Assembly: GCA_020184695.1 (NCBI GenBank) | Contig: JAANOX010000054.1 | Coordinates: forward strand, 1 to 51,160 | DNA: 51,160 bases | Direction of reading: 5' to 3' | Source: Histomonas meleagridis 2922-C6/04-290x | Lineage: Eukaryota; Protista; Parabasalia | Part shown: positions 21,442 through 33,269 of the stretch, in pieces | Layout of the letters: each line of letters starts with the position of its first letter | Position numbering within the stretch: position 1 is the first letter of the stretch | Translations under genes and position numbers: made by a program | The notes under the pieces: generated by a model | Told to the model about the DNA's origin: nothing | What the model saw: only the letters and a program-made list of their open reading frames with translations | Databases searched by the model: none

Positions 21442-21775
21442 GGTTTATGTGAAAAGTGGTATAAAAGTGCTATCGTTCCTCTCAAAAAGTTTCGCGTTCT
21501 CTCAAAATTGAATGTGCATTCAAATTTTCAGACGAATCGTATGGCTCACAAAAATCATTTTGATTTTTGTTGCGAGCGGAGCGAGCACACTCGGGGGATT
21601 GAAGGGGTCTGAGACCTCCGGAGGGGTCCGAAGGGCACCTCCGGGGGTCGAAGACCCCTTCAATCCCCCAGTGAAAACTAAAGGTCGGGAATGATCACGA
21701 TAACCCTTGGGGCTCCGCCGGGGGCGGAGCCCCAAGGGTTATCGTGATCATTCCCGACCGCATTATATACCTACT
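21442..21775 (-). repeat. Maverick-type terminal repeat with two long GC-rich hairpins
   Basis: About 130 bp (21442-21573) is the inverted copy of 23088-23210. Hairpins at 21593-21669 (18-bp outer stem plus inner stem) and 21683-21759 (37-bp perfect stem, GGG loop). Confidence 0.8.
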
Positions 21776-22218
21776 CATATTCCATTTAATCATTACCCGT
21801 ATTTAAATATAAATCTGATCATTTTTCATTCATTCGATTTTATAAATTTCATAATAATATCTTATTACAGTTCATTTTCGTTGCGGTAAAGTTGTTATAA
21901 AATGTCGAAAAAAGAATTGATGAAAACACTAACCCTGACGAACATAGTCAATTAATGAAAAGGTGTTGGAACTAAATTTGTTACAGGGATATTCAAATTT
22001 TATGTTAACATTCAACAAAAGCAAGCTTGTCAAAAAAAATCGATCTAAGGAAATGTTAATTGGTTCCACGTTTCATTATGGTAAAACTGAACTTATGGCA
22101 AATTTCAAAAATATTAAATCATATGGAGTTAACTACATATGGAGCAATTCAATATAGATTAACCATATGGTTAATTTGAATGAAAATTTTGATCTAGATA
22201 TATTACTTTATTTTATTA

Positions 22219-22895
22219 ATGTCTGAAGAGATTTTACTTCTTGTTAATGACAATGGAACTTTCTCATGCAAAGCATGTTATGCTGGGTCTACATAACCAG
22301 CATCAATTATTAGAACAATTATAGGAAAATCAAAATCAAATTTCAACGAAATTTATATTGGAAATAATATATTCAATGAAAATTTAAATTCTTTAAATTT
22401 ATCATATCCAATTGAAAGAGGTACACTAATCAATTGGAATGATATAAGGTAGATTTGGAATGAAATTTATAACAATTTAAATATTTCATCAAGTCAATAT
22501 TCAGTTATTCTTACAAATTCAATATTCAAATGAAGTATAAGATAAAGAAAAAATTATCGAAATTTTTTTGTATCGAATACCAACTATTATTATCACTTTA
22601 TGCAAATGGCGCTACAACAGAGACAAGTATTGAATTTGGTGATGGTATTATACAAATTATACGAATCATCAATAATATCATTCAAACAGGTAAAAAAATT
22701 ATTAATTCTGAAGGAGATGACATGACTACTTGTCTTCAAAATTTATTTATTTTTAATGAAATAAATGTAGAAGGATTCGAAAAAAAAAGAAATTGTTCGT
22801 AACATTGAAGAAAATTATTGTTACGTAACAATGAATTATACACAAGAATCAATCAAATATTAACAACAGATGAATGTAAAATAAATTATTCTGTA
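22219..22895 (+). pseudogene. Actin/actin-related pseudogene, N-terminal part
   Basis: LLLVNDNGTFSCKACYAG, IYIGNN, LNLSYPIERGTLINWND..IWN, LLLSLYANG..TSIEFGDG, EIVRNIEENYCYV: actin motifs in order, with stops and frameshifts. Confidence 0.85.
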
Positions 22896-22979
22896 ACAAA
22901 CCACTTGCCGTTTAATTTTTTGTTTGTTTATATCATTATTATCAATGATAATGCTAAATAAATTTTAATATTACTTATT

Positions 22980-23210
22980 GGTATGTATATAATGATGTCG
23001 GGACCAATCCCGATAACCCTAAGGTGCCCGAGCCCTACTAGCCAGGGTCCCGATTTTTTTTTTTTTACATATAGGGCTGAAAATCTAGCTACAAAAATCA
23101 AAATGATTTTTGTGAGCCATACAATTCGTCTGGAAATTTGAATGCCCATTTAATTTTGAGAAAACGAGGAACTTTTTGTGAGCGACGGTAGCATATTTAT
23201 GCCACTTTTT
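22980..23210 (+). repeat. Isolated Maverick-type terminus, second copy
   Basis: Starts GGTATGTATATAATGATGTCGGGACC, contains a TCGGGACC/GGTCCCGA stem, then the inverted copy of 21442-21573. Confidence 0.7.
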
Positions 23211-23220
23211 TAATAATTAG

Positions 23221-23700
23221 CGTTCATTCTCATTAATTTTTGTTTAATTCTATATATGCATTTGATATTATTCTCTATTCATTGATTATTCTCGTTCATT
23301 TATTGATTATTTTTCATTATTCTCATTCGTTCATTGAATTTTCTCATTTATTCAATATTTGTACTTGATCGTACTTGATTATTCTTAGTAAATCTTAATC
23401 GTTCTTAATTATCCTTAGTTTTTACTCGTTTATTTATTGATTATTATTTTCGATTGTTTATTCTTGTCTGTTCTTTTTTATTGTCTTTGTTTATTCTTCT
23501 TCATTACTTATTCTTCTTCATTATTTATTCTTGTTTTTTATTTTTGATTTTCCTTGTTCTTACTCGTTCGCGTTTATTCTTGTTTACTATCTTGTTTTTT
23601 CTCTTGCGTCATATTTGATTCTCTCTTGTTATACTGCACAATGCAAACACAAATTATTTTAGTTAATATTTAATATTTTCATTTTAAGTCTTATTTTTGT
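23221..23700. repeat. T-rich low-complexity block of degenerate short direct repeats
   Basis: Recurring TTATTCTTC, TTGATTATT and TTCTCATT words; no ORF. Confidence 0.7.
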
Positions 23701-23742
23701 CATCACATTTGTCCTGTCGATTTATCTTTTTCTTTACTAACT

Positions 23743-24500
23743 TTGTTTAGTTTATCTTTCACATGCAAACAATCGAATGGCCTGATAGATGACTTTACAT
23801 ATTCATTTGATTCCTATGGGAGGAAAAACTTTAGACGCGCATATTACAAATGCATTCATGGAAGTAGGTCTTCTTTGCACAAGTGTCCAGCAAAGCTAAA
23901 AGTAGAATTCAGCCAAGATACTAAGAATTTTAAGTATTTGCTAATATCAGAACATAATTGTTTAAACAATGATTTCACAAAAAATCCATATTATTCCGAA
24001 ACACAAATACAAACCAAAATAGCAGAACTTTACAATGACCCACAATATAACCATTTTACATAACCAATATTCAATGCTTTATTAAATTGGGTTAATCACC
24101 CAACACCAAAAGGACAAACAAAAAACTCAATTCCTATTTCAATGGTTAGAAAATACGTTAGATCTCTTACAAACATTGATCCAAAAAATAAATTAACATT
24201 CGATAATTGTTTGACATTTGATGGACAACAGTTTCTTTCATTTTGAGTTGAAATTAATGACAAACCAATATATGGACGGTACTCCGAGCAAAACAGAGAA
24301 TTTGAATATTTTGCTCTCAAATAGTGGAACTACCTATCAATTATGCGTGATTTTTCGAATACACTTGGAAAATTTCCATTCAAATTATTTTTGTAAAAAA
24401 ATATTCCTTCTCAAATTTGATTTCTATGTTTTACATTTTTTGTCATGAAATTTTCTGAAGATTAATATATTGTCATCCAATGGGATATTACATTCATCCT
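23743..24500 (+). pseudogene. Mutator-like element relic, N-terminal WRKY/FLYWCH-like zinc finger
   Basis: YYKCIH..HKCPAKLKV...SEHNC zinc-finger pattern typical of MULE N-termini; downstream frames are broken. Confidence 0.5.
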
Positions 24501-24712
24501 TTATTATTATTCCTAAAATTTTTCAAAATATTATTAAGAATTAGTATAATATATTAAAGATATTTCAATTTAAGAATAAACTTTTTCACACATATAAAAG
24601 GCACTCATTTAACTTAAAAATTAAATAAAAATAACAATTTTTACAGAATGAATAATTTAAAATACGATGTTCTATCTTAACTAATAATATCTTTCAATAC
24701 TTTTTATAGATT

Positions 24713-26929
24713 TTAATTTCCAGTATATATAATCTTTCCATTATCCACAGATTGCATTATTGATTTCATAGCTTTCTTATCTTTTACATTTCTTCTCTTT
24801 ACATAAATTATAATGACAGTTACTACAACAGCAACCACCACAACACCAATGACAACGCCAATAATTAACCATTTTTCATAATTATTTTTATCTTTCTCCA
24901 TTCCTTCGATCTCAATTCCATTATCAGTTTCGATAATTTAACATCTCCATTCTTTATTTTTCTTGAATCTTCTTTTGAATAACCAGTGACTTTAATTGGC
25001 TTATATGAATTAATCGAATTAATTGAAATATGTAGTTGTGTTTCACCATTATTTGATGAATTTACAGTTACATTTATTTCTACATAATAATGAATGACAG
25101 CAATACCAATTCCATTTATTATAAAGGGTGTCCAACCCTAAGTGTAGCATCTCCATATGTGAGCATATATAATTATTAATAAATATATATGAATAATATA
25201 TGAATATAACATTTTATTTTTTATAAATATGAAGTCTCATAATAATTAGATATAATGAGATATTTGAACTTTTTTGATAGTAAATCGGAAAAAATATACG
25301 AGTTAAATTATCAAAAAGTTCAAAATGGAACTCGACCAGAAATCAATCGCGATTTTCTTACACTTACAAGGGAAAAATTAAAAATCAATATATAAAGAAA
25401 TGAAGTTGACTCTTCAAGATCAATGTATTTCATATTCAACAATTACAAAATATATTAGAAATTGCAAAACATCAAAAACCGTTAACAAAAAAACTTCAAA
25501 TGCAAATTTCGATGAACACAAAATCATTAATGAAAAAATTTTGTATGTACTTGATGAAGAACCATTTGCATCTGTTCGTTATATAGCTAACACTACGGGG
25601 ATTCCAAAAAGTACGGTATATTATCATTTAACAAATATGCTTTTTTATTTAAACATGCATTTAAAGTGAGTTCCCCACAGTCTCTCAGAAAAACAAAAAA
25701 TTCAAAGGGTAACAATCTCAAAGGCACTTATTAAGATTCTGAATTCAGCCAAACATAACAATTATATATATTTCGTCACAGGAGACGAATCTTGGTTTGA
25801 ATATTCATATTATCCTTCTCAACAATGGATACCCATCGGAAGTCAGCCTCAAACACGTCCAAATAAGGTTTTAACAGATAAAAAAATTATGCTGACAACT
25901 TTTTGGAATCCAAGCGGAATAAAGGTTATTAACTTTCTTCCAAAAGGCGAAACATTTAATTCGAAGTATTATGCAAATAATATTATTAAGGAACTTTCAA
26001 AATTAAATGGGGGATATTTAGATAATGAAGGAAGAAGATTAACCGTCCATGCCGATAATGCACGTCCTCACATATCGAAGCACACAACTAATATAATGAA
26101 TATTAAAGGTCTTAAAAGAGCACCTCATCCTCCTTATTCACCAGATATAGCACCATCAGACTTCTTCCTATTTTGCTATAACAAAAATAAAATGGAAGGT
26201 CAATCATACGAATCAAGAAAGGAGTTAAAAAATGTATAACTGATATTTTACAACAAATACCAACCGATATGTTAAAACGGGTTTTTGAAGAATGGAAAAG
26301 GAGATTGGAACAAGTAATACATACCAAAGGAGAGTATATCAAGTATACATTCTAATCATTATCTTAGTACATTTTGAATTTTTATTTGTATAATGAGATG
26401 CTACACTTGGGGTTGGACACCCTATGATTGGACTTAATCCAGTAAGTTCTAGATTATTTATAATCATTTTTCCAGGAATATCAATGAAACCACTTCCATT
26501 AATTCGAATTATATCAGAAAAAATCTCTCCAAGTGTTGAATGATCGAAATCAAATCCAATATTTATAATTTCGTTTGAATCAAAGTTGATATTCGAAATT
26601 TTAACACGTGATATATAATGATTAGCTTCAAAAGTAATGAAACTATTCGGAGTTATCTCAAATGATATTTCTTGTGTATTCACAATCAACAAATGTTTTC
26701 CTTCTAATACAATTTGACTTGAATTACAAACAAATTCAACAATCGAATCATAAGCTTCATCATTTAGGATTGTGATCTTTCGATTAAGATTAGATGAATA
26801 TATATTAATTCGCATATATCCTAAGTTTATTAACATTGATATTGAATCGAAAATAATATCTATATTATTAACTGTAACAATTGCAGATTTATCATCATCA
26901 ACATTTAATGTATAAAATGGATAATGCAT
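24713..26929 (-). pseudogene. Type I membrane/surface protein gene split by a mariner
   Basis: ORF 26339-26929 reads into the mariner TIR at LSPII. The reading resumes left of the element (NGIGIAVIHYY...) and ends in a TM helix WLIIGVVIGVVVVAVVVTVIIIYVKRR with a short basic tail. Confidence 0.65.
25126..26422 (+). mobile_element. Mariner (DD34D) element, defective
   Basis: 28-bp TIRs GGGTGTCCAACC(C/T)AAGTGTAGCATCTC with one mismatch, TA at the right end. Transposase from 25325 with K*VPH (WVPH expected), TGDESW, HADNARPH and HPPYSPDIAPSD; several stops. Confidence 0.92.
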
Positions 26930-27218
26930 TATCGATTTATAATATTTATTTTGAAAAATAAGACAATTTTTTTCTAATGCTTATATCTCGATAAAAATAG
27001 AATATTTTTCAAAAATATTTCAATATGCTAATAATTACTGCATATACTATAATTTGTTATATTCAGAATTTTCTAATTCATACATTTGTTTTGATGTGTT
27101 TCATATTTTCGTGTTTCCATATTTTGGACGGTCATAATGTCAGGCCGTTCAAAAAGTGGGAAATTGAAGCGATAACCGCAAAATGTGCGTACAGGTCACG
27201 CATTTCCCTGGTAGATAA

Positions 27219-27395
27219 AATGGTGTTATTACAATAATATTAGATTTCGATAAAAGTAGACGTCGTTATAAAGTTTTTTTAAAAATTCCTTCTGGAAAAC
27301 CATACAATGATTATATCTTTGTTAGTTATTTGCGATCAAAAAGACCTGGTGAAATGTCCAATCTTGAACGAGAATATTTTTGGGAACAAGATTAG
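27219..27395 (+). pseudogene. Possible chromo/SH3-like fragment resembling a Maverick integrase C-terminus
   Basis: NGVITIILDFDKSRRRYKVFL...YLRSKRPGEMSNLEREYFW; resemblance from memory only. Confidence 0.3.
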
Positions 27396-27830
27396 TTTGT
27401 GATTTGATCGTTTGTGATTTGATCGTTTGTGATTTGATTGTTAGTCATTAATTTGTTGATAATTAGTTGTCGATAATTAATTGTTTATAAATTACTTTAT
27501 TATATTTCTCATTTATTATGATCACTTTATTGTATTTCTTTTTTATAATGATAACTTTATTATATTACTTTATTATTATGACTTCTTTATTATATTTCTA
27601 ATTTATAATGACTTCTTCATTATATTTATTTTTTTTAATGATGTAACTTTGTAACCGTTACTCGTTATGTTACAACTTCATTATACTTTCTTCTTTATAG
27701 TAGTTACGTTACATATTACATGTTAAATACTATATAAATTAACAAAAATTGTTTATATAACGGCCACTTTGTGTCCTATAAAAATATTATTTTTCTTATG
27801 TAACTTTTGTTAACGTTACATCTATGTAAC
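27396..27830. repeat. Degenerate tandem repeats
   Basis: (GTTTGTGATTTGATC)x3, about five copies of a ~30-bp ACTTTATTATATTTC..ATAATG unit, then a GTTAC/GTAAC-rich tract. Confidence 0.7.
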
Positions 27831-27859
27831 ACCACCATTTCGTAAATATTCATTCTCTA

Positions 27860-30800
27860 TCCATATTCTCTTCATCGTTAATTAAAGCATGTGAATTTGA
27901 GTTATTAAATATTGATGATTCAATTCCATCAAATATCATTATTAATTATAAATTCTCTGAATCGTATTCAAATTCAGTCAAAATTTCCAAAGATATTAGA
28001 ACAAATCTTAACTTATTGATTTCACATCTTCAATTTGATTTAATGTTTTTCGAATGTTTATATAAACTAACCATAAAATCAACTTTTGTTTTTCCAAAAA
28101 TTAATTTTGAAGGAATTAATAACAAACTTATTGTTAACTATGAAGGATGGTTAAATTCACATGAAATGTTTCATTTTGACTTTATACTAATAGAAGGGAC
28201 TATCAACTTTCCTAATACTTCTTGGCCACTCTCACTATGTGAAAATAAATGATGAACAATTTTTTGAAATTATCCAAAAACATAAAGCAAAAATCGAAAT
28301 TGGCGCACAAAATATTCCAGCGAATATAATTAATGATTGTGATGAAGAACTAAATATCATTATTACCTCAATAAAAGTTGGAATTAATGGATTCATTAAG
28401 ATTAACAATGAATTCGATTCTATCCAATCAAATCTTCAAAATCCTGTAACATTTTATGCATAAAGGATATATGGATCAAATAATTCAAAAATTAATTCGA
28501 AATCAACGCTTACTTTAGTGCTAGCATATGAACCTCAAGGTGATTATATTTCAAATAATATATTTACTGTTTACAAAAATATGGAAATTACGAAAAAAAT
28601 GATTCAAAATATCTTCAAGAATTTAATCTTGTTTCTAATGGACATTTAACATTTGATATAACAGTCGAAGAAGATGTACAATATTCACATGGATATATTA
28701 TAACAGAATCTCCAATAATACCTATAGAAGGATCTAAATTTAATTTGGACGTCAAATTTTATGTAAGTGTAATTTTTTTTGATTTTGAGTCTCTTAAAAC
28801 TATATTAAATATTCCTATAGATTTAGTTTGTTCCAGAAAATCAATAGCAAAGGATTCATGGAAACTTAATTTTATCAATAGCAAATTATCTAAATATGGT
28901 AAAATTTCTGTAGAGTTTGCAGAATTAACATATGGACGATAGTTTAAGTTGTATTCAATTAGTTTTCCAAACTCTTCCACCATTTGTGCATGAAAAATAT
29001 TGTATTGGAGAAGAATGTGATAAAGGATTTTTAGTGATTCATAAAGAAACTATGGAAAATATATATAAAAGAATTTATCCTGGATCAAAATTAGTTAACT
29101 TGCAAATAAATGAAGATACCCTGATGTCTCTACAATTGGATATATGTGAAGACGTTTATTTCTCACAAAATATTAATAAACGGTTATTGACAAATTTTAT
29201 GCTTGGTCGAGTCTTCAGCGGAAAGCCACACAACAATTATTCAAATTACGGGAAAAGAGGGAAAATTGAGAATGTGATTCAGATTATTTCACGGGGATCT
29301 CACCCAATATATCAGATTTCCAAAATGAGCGGTATTCCAGAATCAACAATTAGAAATTGGAAAAGGAAATTAGTGATTGAACCAGACTGGAGGCCGTGGA
29401 AAACTCATCATGGGAGCACTCATATAGTATTTACAGATTTAGAAGAAGAATCTATCAAAGATTATATTGTTCAAAACTTTCTTAAACCAGGTTATGTCTT
29501 TACAAATGAAGACTTCATTGACATTGCCATGAATGCATATTTGTCTAAATTTCCCAACGATATCGAAAATGATGAGGCCAAACAATTTACGATTTCTCAT
29601 CAGTTCATAGCCGACTTTAAAAAGAGAAACCATTTATCATCTAGGTCTCTCCATGCCAAAAGAAGGCCAACAGCCACAGAAGATGATATGAATCAGTTCA
29701 TTAATGAAATCAAAAATCTTATGGATTCAACAGATCATAGCCATATTGTCAATCGCGATGAAACGGCATGGAAGATATTCCCAAACGGCATGGTGACATG
29801 GGCTGAAAAGGGAAGCGATTCCATTAGCATTAATCTTGAAGCATCACCTAAAACATCCATGACAGTACTTGCAAGCATTAGAGCTGATGGTTCCAAAATC
29901 CCTCTTTTTTTCATTGCAAAAGGGAAAACAAATCGCTGCAAAGAATCTCAGATTGGTGACGTTTCATATCACATGTCAACGTATTCAGAAAACGGTTGGA
30001 CGACTGAAGAAACATTTAGTCAATATCTACGATTTTTGAGAACCCACTTTAATGATGAAGAAGAGATCCACTTACTCTTGGACTCTTACGATATTGTAAT
30101 TGTCCTATGCATAGGTGTCAGCAAATTCAAATTTTAGCAGCAAGCTTAAAGATCGCATTGCATTTTATTCCACCTGGCTTGACAGACCAGCTTCAGCCTT
30201 TAGATAGAAGAGTCTTTGGTTGCTTGAAAGCAACAGCTAAACACTTGTTTCGAAAAGGTTATAACGTTAATCCAAATCAAAAATTTACAAAAAAGATTGC
30301 ATCACAATATTTAGTTTGGGCATGGGAGCATCTCCAGAGTGACATCATTATGGATTCATGGTCGATTTTTGATTAAAAACAACCTAATCGATTTTTTGAC
30401 AAGATGTTGTTTCGAAAATGTGATGATGTTTGTCTTAACGGTCACCAATACCTCCAATTGGTGAGACCTCAAGGTAATAGTAAAACATCAATTCCATTAA
30501 CATGTCTACGTACACAAAAATCTGAAGTTACAATTTCATCAAAAACTCAATCTAATATCAGTATTAATATGGATTTATCTCTTAAAGATCATATTTCTAA
30601 ACTCAATATTTCAAACACTAATCTTTCTATCAATTTTCAAAATTCAAAAATAAATAAGCATTATGAAATAAATATACTAAAGTTCTTCCTTTCACAATCA
30701 ATAATTTCACAAAAAAATAACGAAAAAATTAATTTTACAGGAAAAAAGGTTTATTTAGATTTTCAAGCTTATAAAGACTTAATTTATTCTAAATTCAACT

Positions 30801-31924
30801 ACTTAACTGTTCAATTTAATCAAGAAATATCAAATATAAAAGTCACAACAAAAGGAATTGTTGTTAAAGAAACATTAATTTAAAAAGATAATATTAAAGA
30901 TATTTTGAAAACACAATTTACAACATCAAATTCTATCAATTTAATAATAGAACAAGGAACAACTTCAATTCCAGGATTTCAAGTAGATGTATCACCTAAA
31001 GGTAAGAAAACTATAATTAATTTTATTGGAGAATGGGAAAAAATAACAAATCAAGAACAACTAATTGTAATTAGACGAAGAGGTAATTTAATACTAAATT
31101 ATGTTGCATCTAATTTTAATCTTAACTTTGAAGGTATTGGTAATATTGAAATTAACTTAAAAAAAGGACAAAGAAAGTTTATTTTAGAAAAACCAATAAA
31201 AATTAATGGAAATATAATTATTGATATTAATGGTGAAATCCAATTCAATGACATTGTATTTCTGTCAGATTCACAATTTAAAGTTAGATCAAAGAATCCA
31301 AATGAAAAGAACAATGAAATTAACGCAAGTGATATAATTATTAAAGCTCTAACTACGATTAAAGGTAAAATTAATGCAAATAATATTTATATGGAACCAA
31401 ATACTTCGTTAATAACTGATACAATTTTTAATCATAAAAATATTATATATAATTATTATTCAGGAGGAATTCCTATAATAGAAACAAATACATTAATTTC
31501 TAAACCTCAATAAATTATAATGAATTATATATCAACCGAATATAAAAATGATATTAATAATTTTATTGGTTCTACAAATGAAATTTATTGTACAGATAAT
31601 TCATATTTTAATTCGACTAATTGCAATGATTATCTAAAATTAATTTATTTTAATTCAAGCATTGTAGTTTTTGATGAAGAAAATTCACTATTAAAAGCAT
31701 TTTGTTCAAATAAAATTAATACATTAAAGAAAAAAGTTATGACATGTATCAATGTAAATTTAACATCAGCACCACATTTACCAAAAACAACAGATAACAG
31801 TTCCTCTAATAAAACAGATATGATGAAAAATTTCGTTTTAATGATTTCAGCGATTGTAGGGGTCGTGTTAATAATAATTGTTGGCGTTTTCTTGTATAAA
31901 AAAAAAAAGATAAACAACAAATGA
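27860..31924 (+). pseudogene. Large type I membrane/surface protein gene, frameshifted and interrupted by a pogo-like element
   Basis: Run of N/I-rich beta-type ORFs (28016, 28239, 28932 5' part, 30404, 30905, 31520) ending in TM helix FVLMISAIVGVVLIIIVGVFLYKKKK. Removing the transposon restores the frame LQINEDNSKTSIPLTC. Confidence 0.65.
29119..30474 (+). mobile_element. Pogo/Tigger-like (DDE_1, CENP-B-related) DNA transposon
   Basis: Imperfect 22-bp TIRs (CCCTGATGTCTCTACAATTGGA vs CCTTGAGGTCTCACCAATTGGA) flanked by TA on both sides. Transposase from 29199 with HTH (ISKMSGIPESTIRNW), VNRDET, LLLD and LQPLD; one frameshift near 30085-30105. Confidence 0.88.
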
Positions 31925-32270
31925 ATACGTATCAACCAGGCTATACTGAAAATAATGCAGCTATTTTTAATCAAGTTGATGAGTAAAGTAATTTTCACTA
32001 GTTTTTATTATTTTTTTGATGAATTTTAGAGATAAACTCAATGATAAATAGACCAATGTAACCCAGTGTTGATTGATATTTTATGAATTACCAGAAAATT
32101 CCATGTCGAAAATTGTAAAACATAGAAATCAGATTTGAGAATGAATAATTTCTCACAAAAATATTTCGAATGTGAATTTTTCAATGCTATTCAAAAAATC
32201 ACGCATAATTGAATAGCATTTCCACTTTTTGATAGGAAGGTATTCAAATTCTCTATTTTGCTTGGAGAGT

Positions 32271-33191
32271 ACCGACTTTTCAGATGCTTTTGGTTCAACT
32301 CCTCATGATCAGATTTTTAAAGTTTAAGATCAATTAGGTTTCGATAATAAAATAATTCATTTGATTAAAGCAACTTATAATAATTCATCTACTAAAATTC
32401 GAATCCCTAATAAAGGGTCTTCAGAAGAAATTATTATTAATTGTGGAGTTAAACAAAATTGTCCTTTTTCTCCTTTAGCATTCAATTTATGTTTGGATCC
32501 TTTATTATAAAAATTAAATGATAAAATTTTAGATGGTATTCATTATAATAAACAAAATGATAGTGAACAAGCTTATGCAGATGATTTAATCCTGATATCT
32601 GATACAGAAATTGGTATGAATAATTAAATTAAAGTAGTAGAAGAATTTTGTAAATATGTTAATATGAAGATTCAACCAGAAAAATGTAGAACCTATAATT
32701 ATATTAATCATAATGACAGAAGATATTCCGCTATTACGAATTTTAAAATTAATAACAATTTTATTCCTATGATTGATTTGTATAATGGTAATACTTATTT
32801 AGGTATTATGACTGCATTAACTAAAAATATGAAATTTAGATCCTCCAAATATAAAATAAATCAAGCTTAAGAAGATATTAAGGATATTTGTTCTTCCCCT
32901 TTAAAATGGAACCAAATGATTGATGCAATTAAACATTTTATTACACCTAGTTTATATTACGTATTTATTTTAATGGTTTTACTTCTAGAAATGATATCGA
33001 ATTTTTAAACAAAAGAATTAGATCAGCACTAAACTCTAATTTAAAAATTAATTCTTTACCAAAAGAATTTTACTACACTGCATGGAAAGATGGAGGTGCT
33101 GGTTTGAAGGATCTTAATGATAGATATGATGATTTAATTATATCTTGTTTTTTAAGATTATGGTTTTCTAAAGATGTTTTTCTTAAAAATA
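32271..33191 (+). pseudogene. Non-LTR retrotransposon RT fragment (copy 2), cut by the Maverick B terminus
   Basis: DFSDAFGSTPHD, GVKQNCPFSPLAF, QAYADDLIL, KCR and YLGI motifs with stops; its first ~90 bp overlaps the end of copy 3 at the window end. Confidence 0.88.
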
Positions 33192-33269
33192 AGTACGTAT
33201 ATAATGCGGTCGGGACAAATCACAGGGACCCCTAGGGGCCCCACCTTCGGTGTTTAACTAATAAACCTG

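Larger units (their letters stand above)
15025..21775. mobile_element. Maverick/Polinton-like endogenous virus remnant A (left end missing, right terminus present)
   Basis: Clustered ATPase, capsid, pVI-like, chromodomain and fibre-like ORFs, ending in a terminus that reads AGTAGGTATATAATGCGGTCGGGA on the minus strand at 21775. Confidence 0.75.

Noticed and set aside
21512-21889. Three short overlapping ORFs in the GC-rich block
   Set aside because: They arise from stop-poor GC hairpins; both strands give mirror-image peptides.
21442-23210. Pack-type TIR transposon carrying actin
   Set aside because: The conserved AGTA termini face the actin fragment rather than the outside, which is the wrong polarity for one element, and no outer TSD is seen.
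27396-27620. CRISPR-like array
   Set aside because: The units are degenerate tandem repeats without unique spacers; eukaryotic context and no cas genes.
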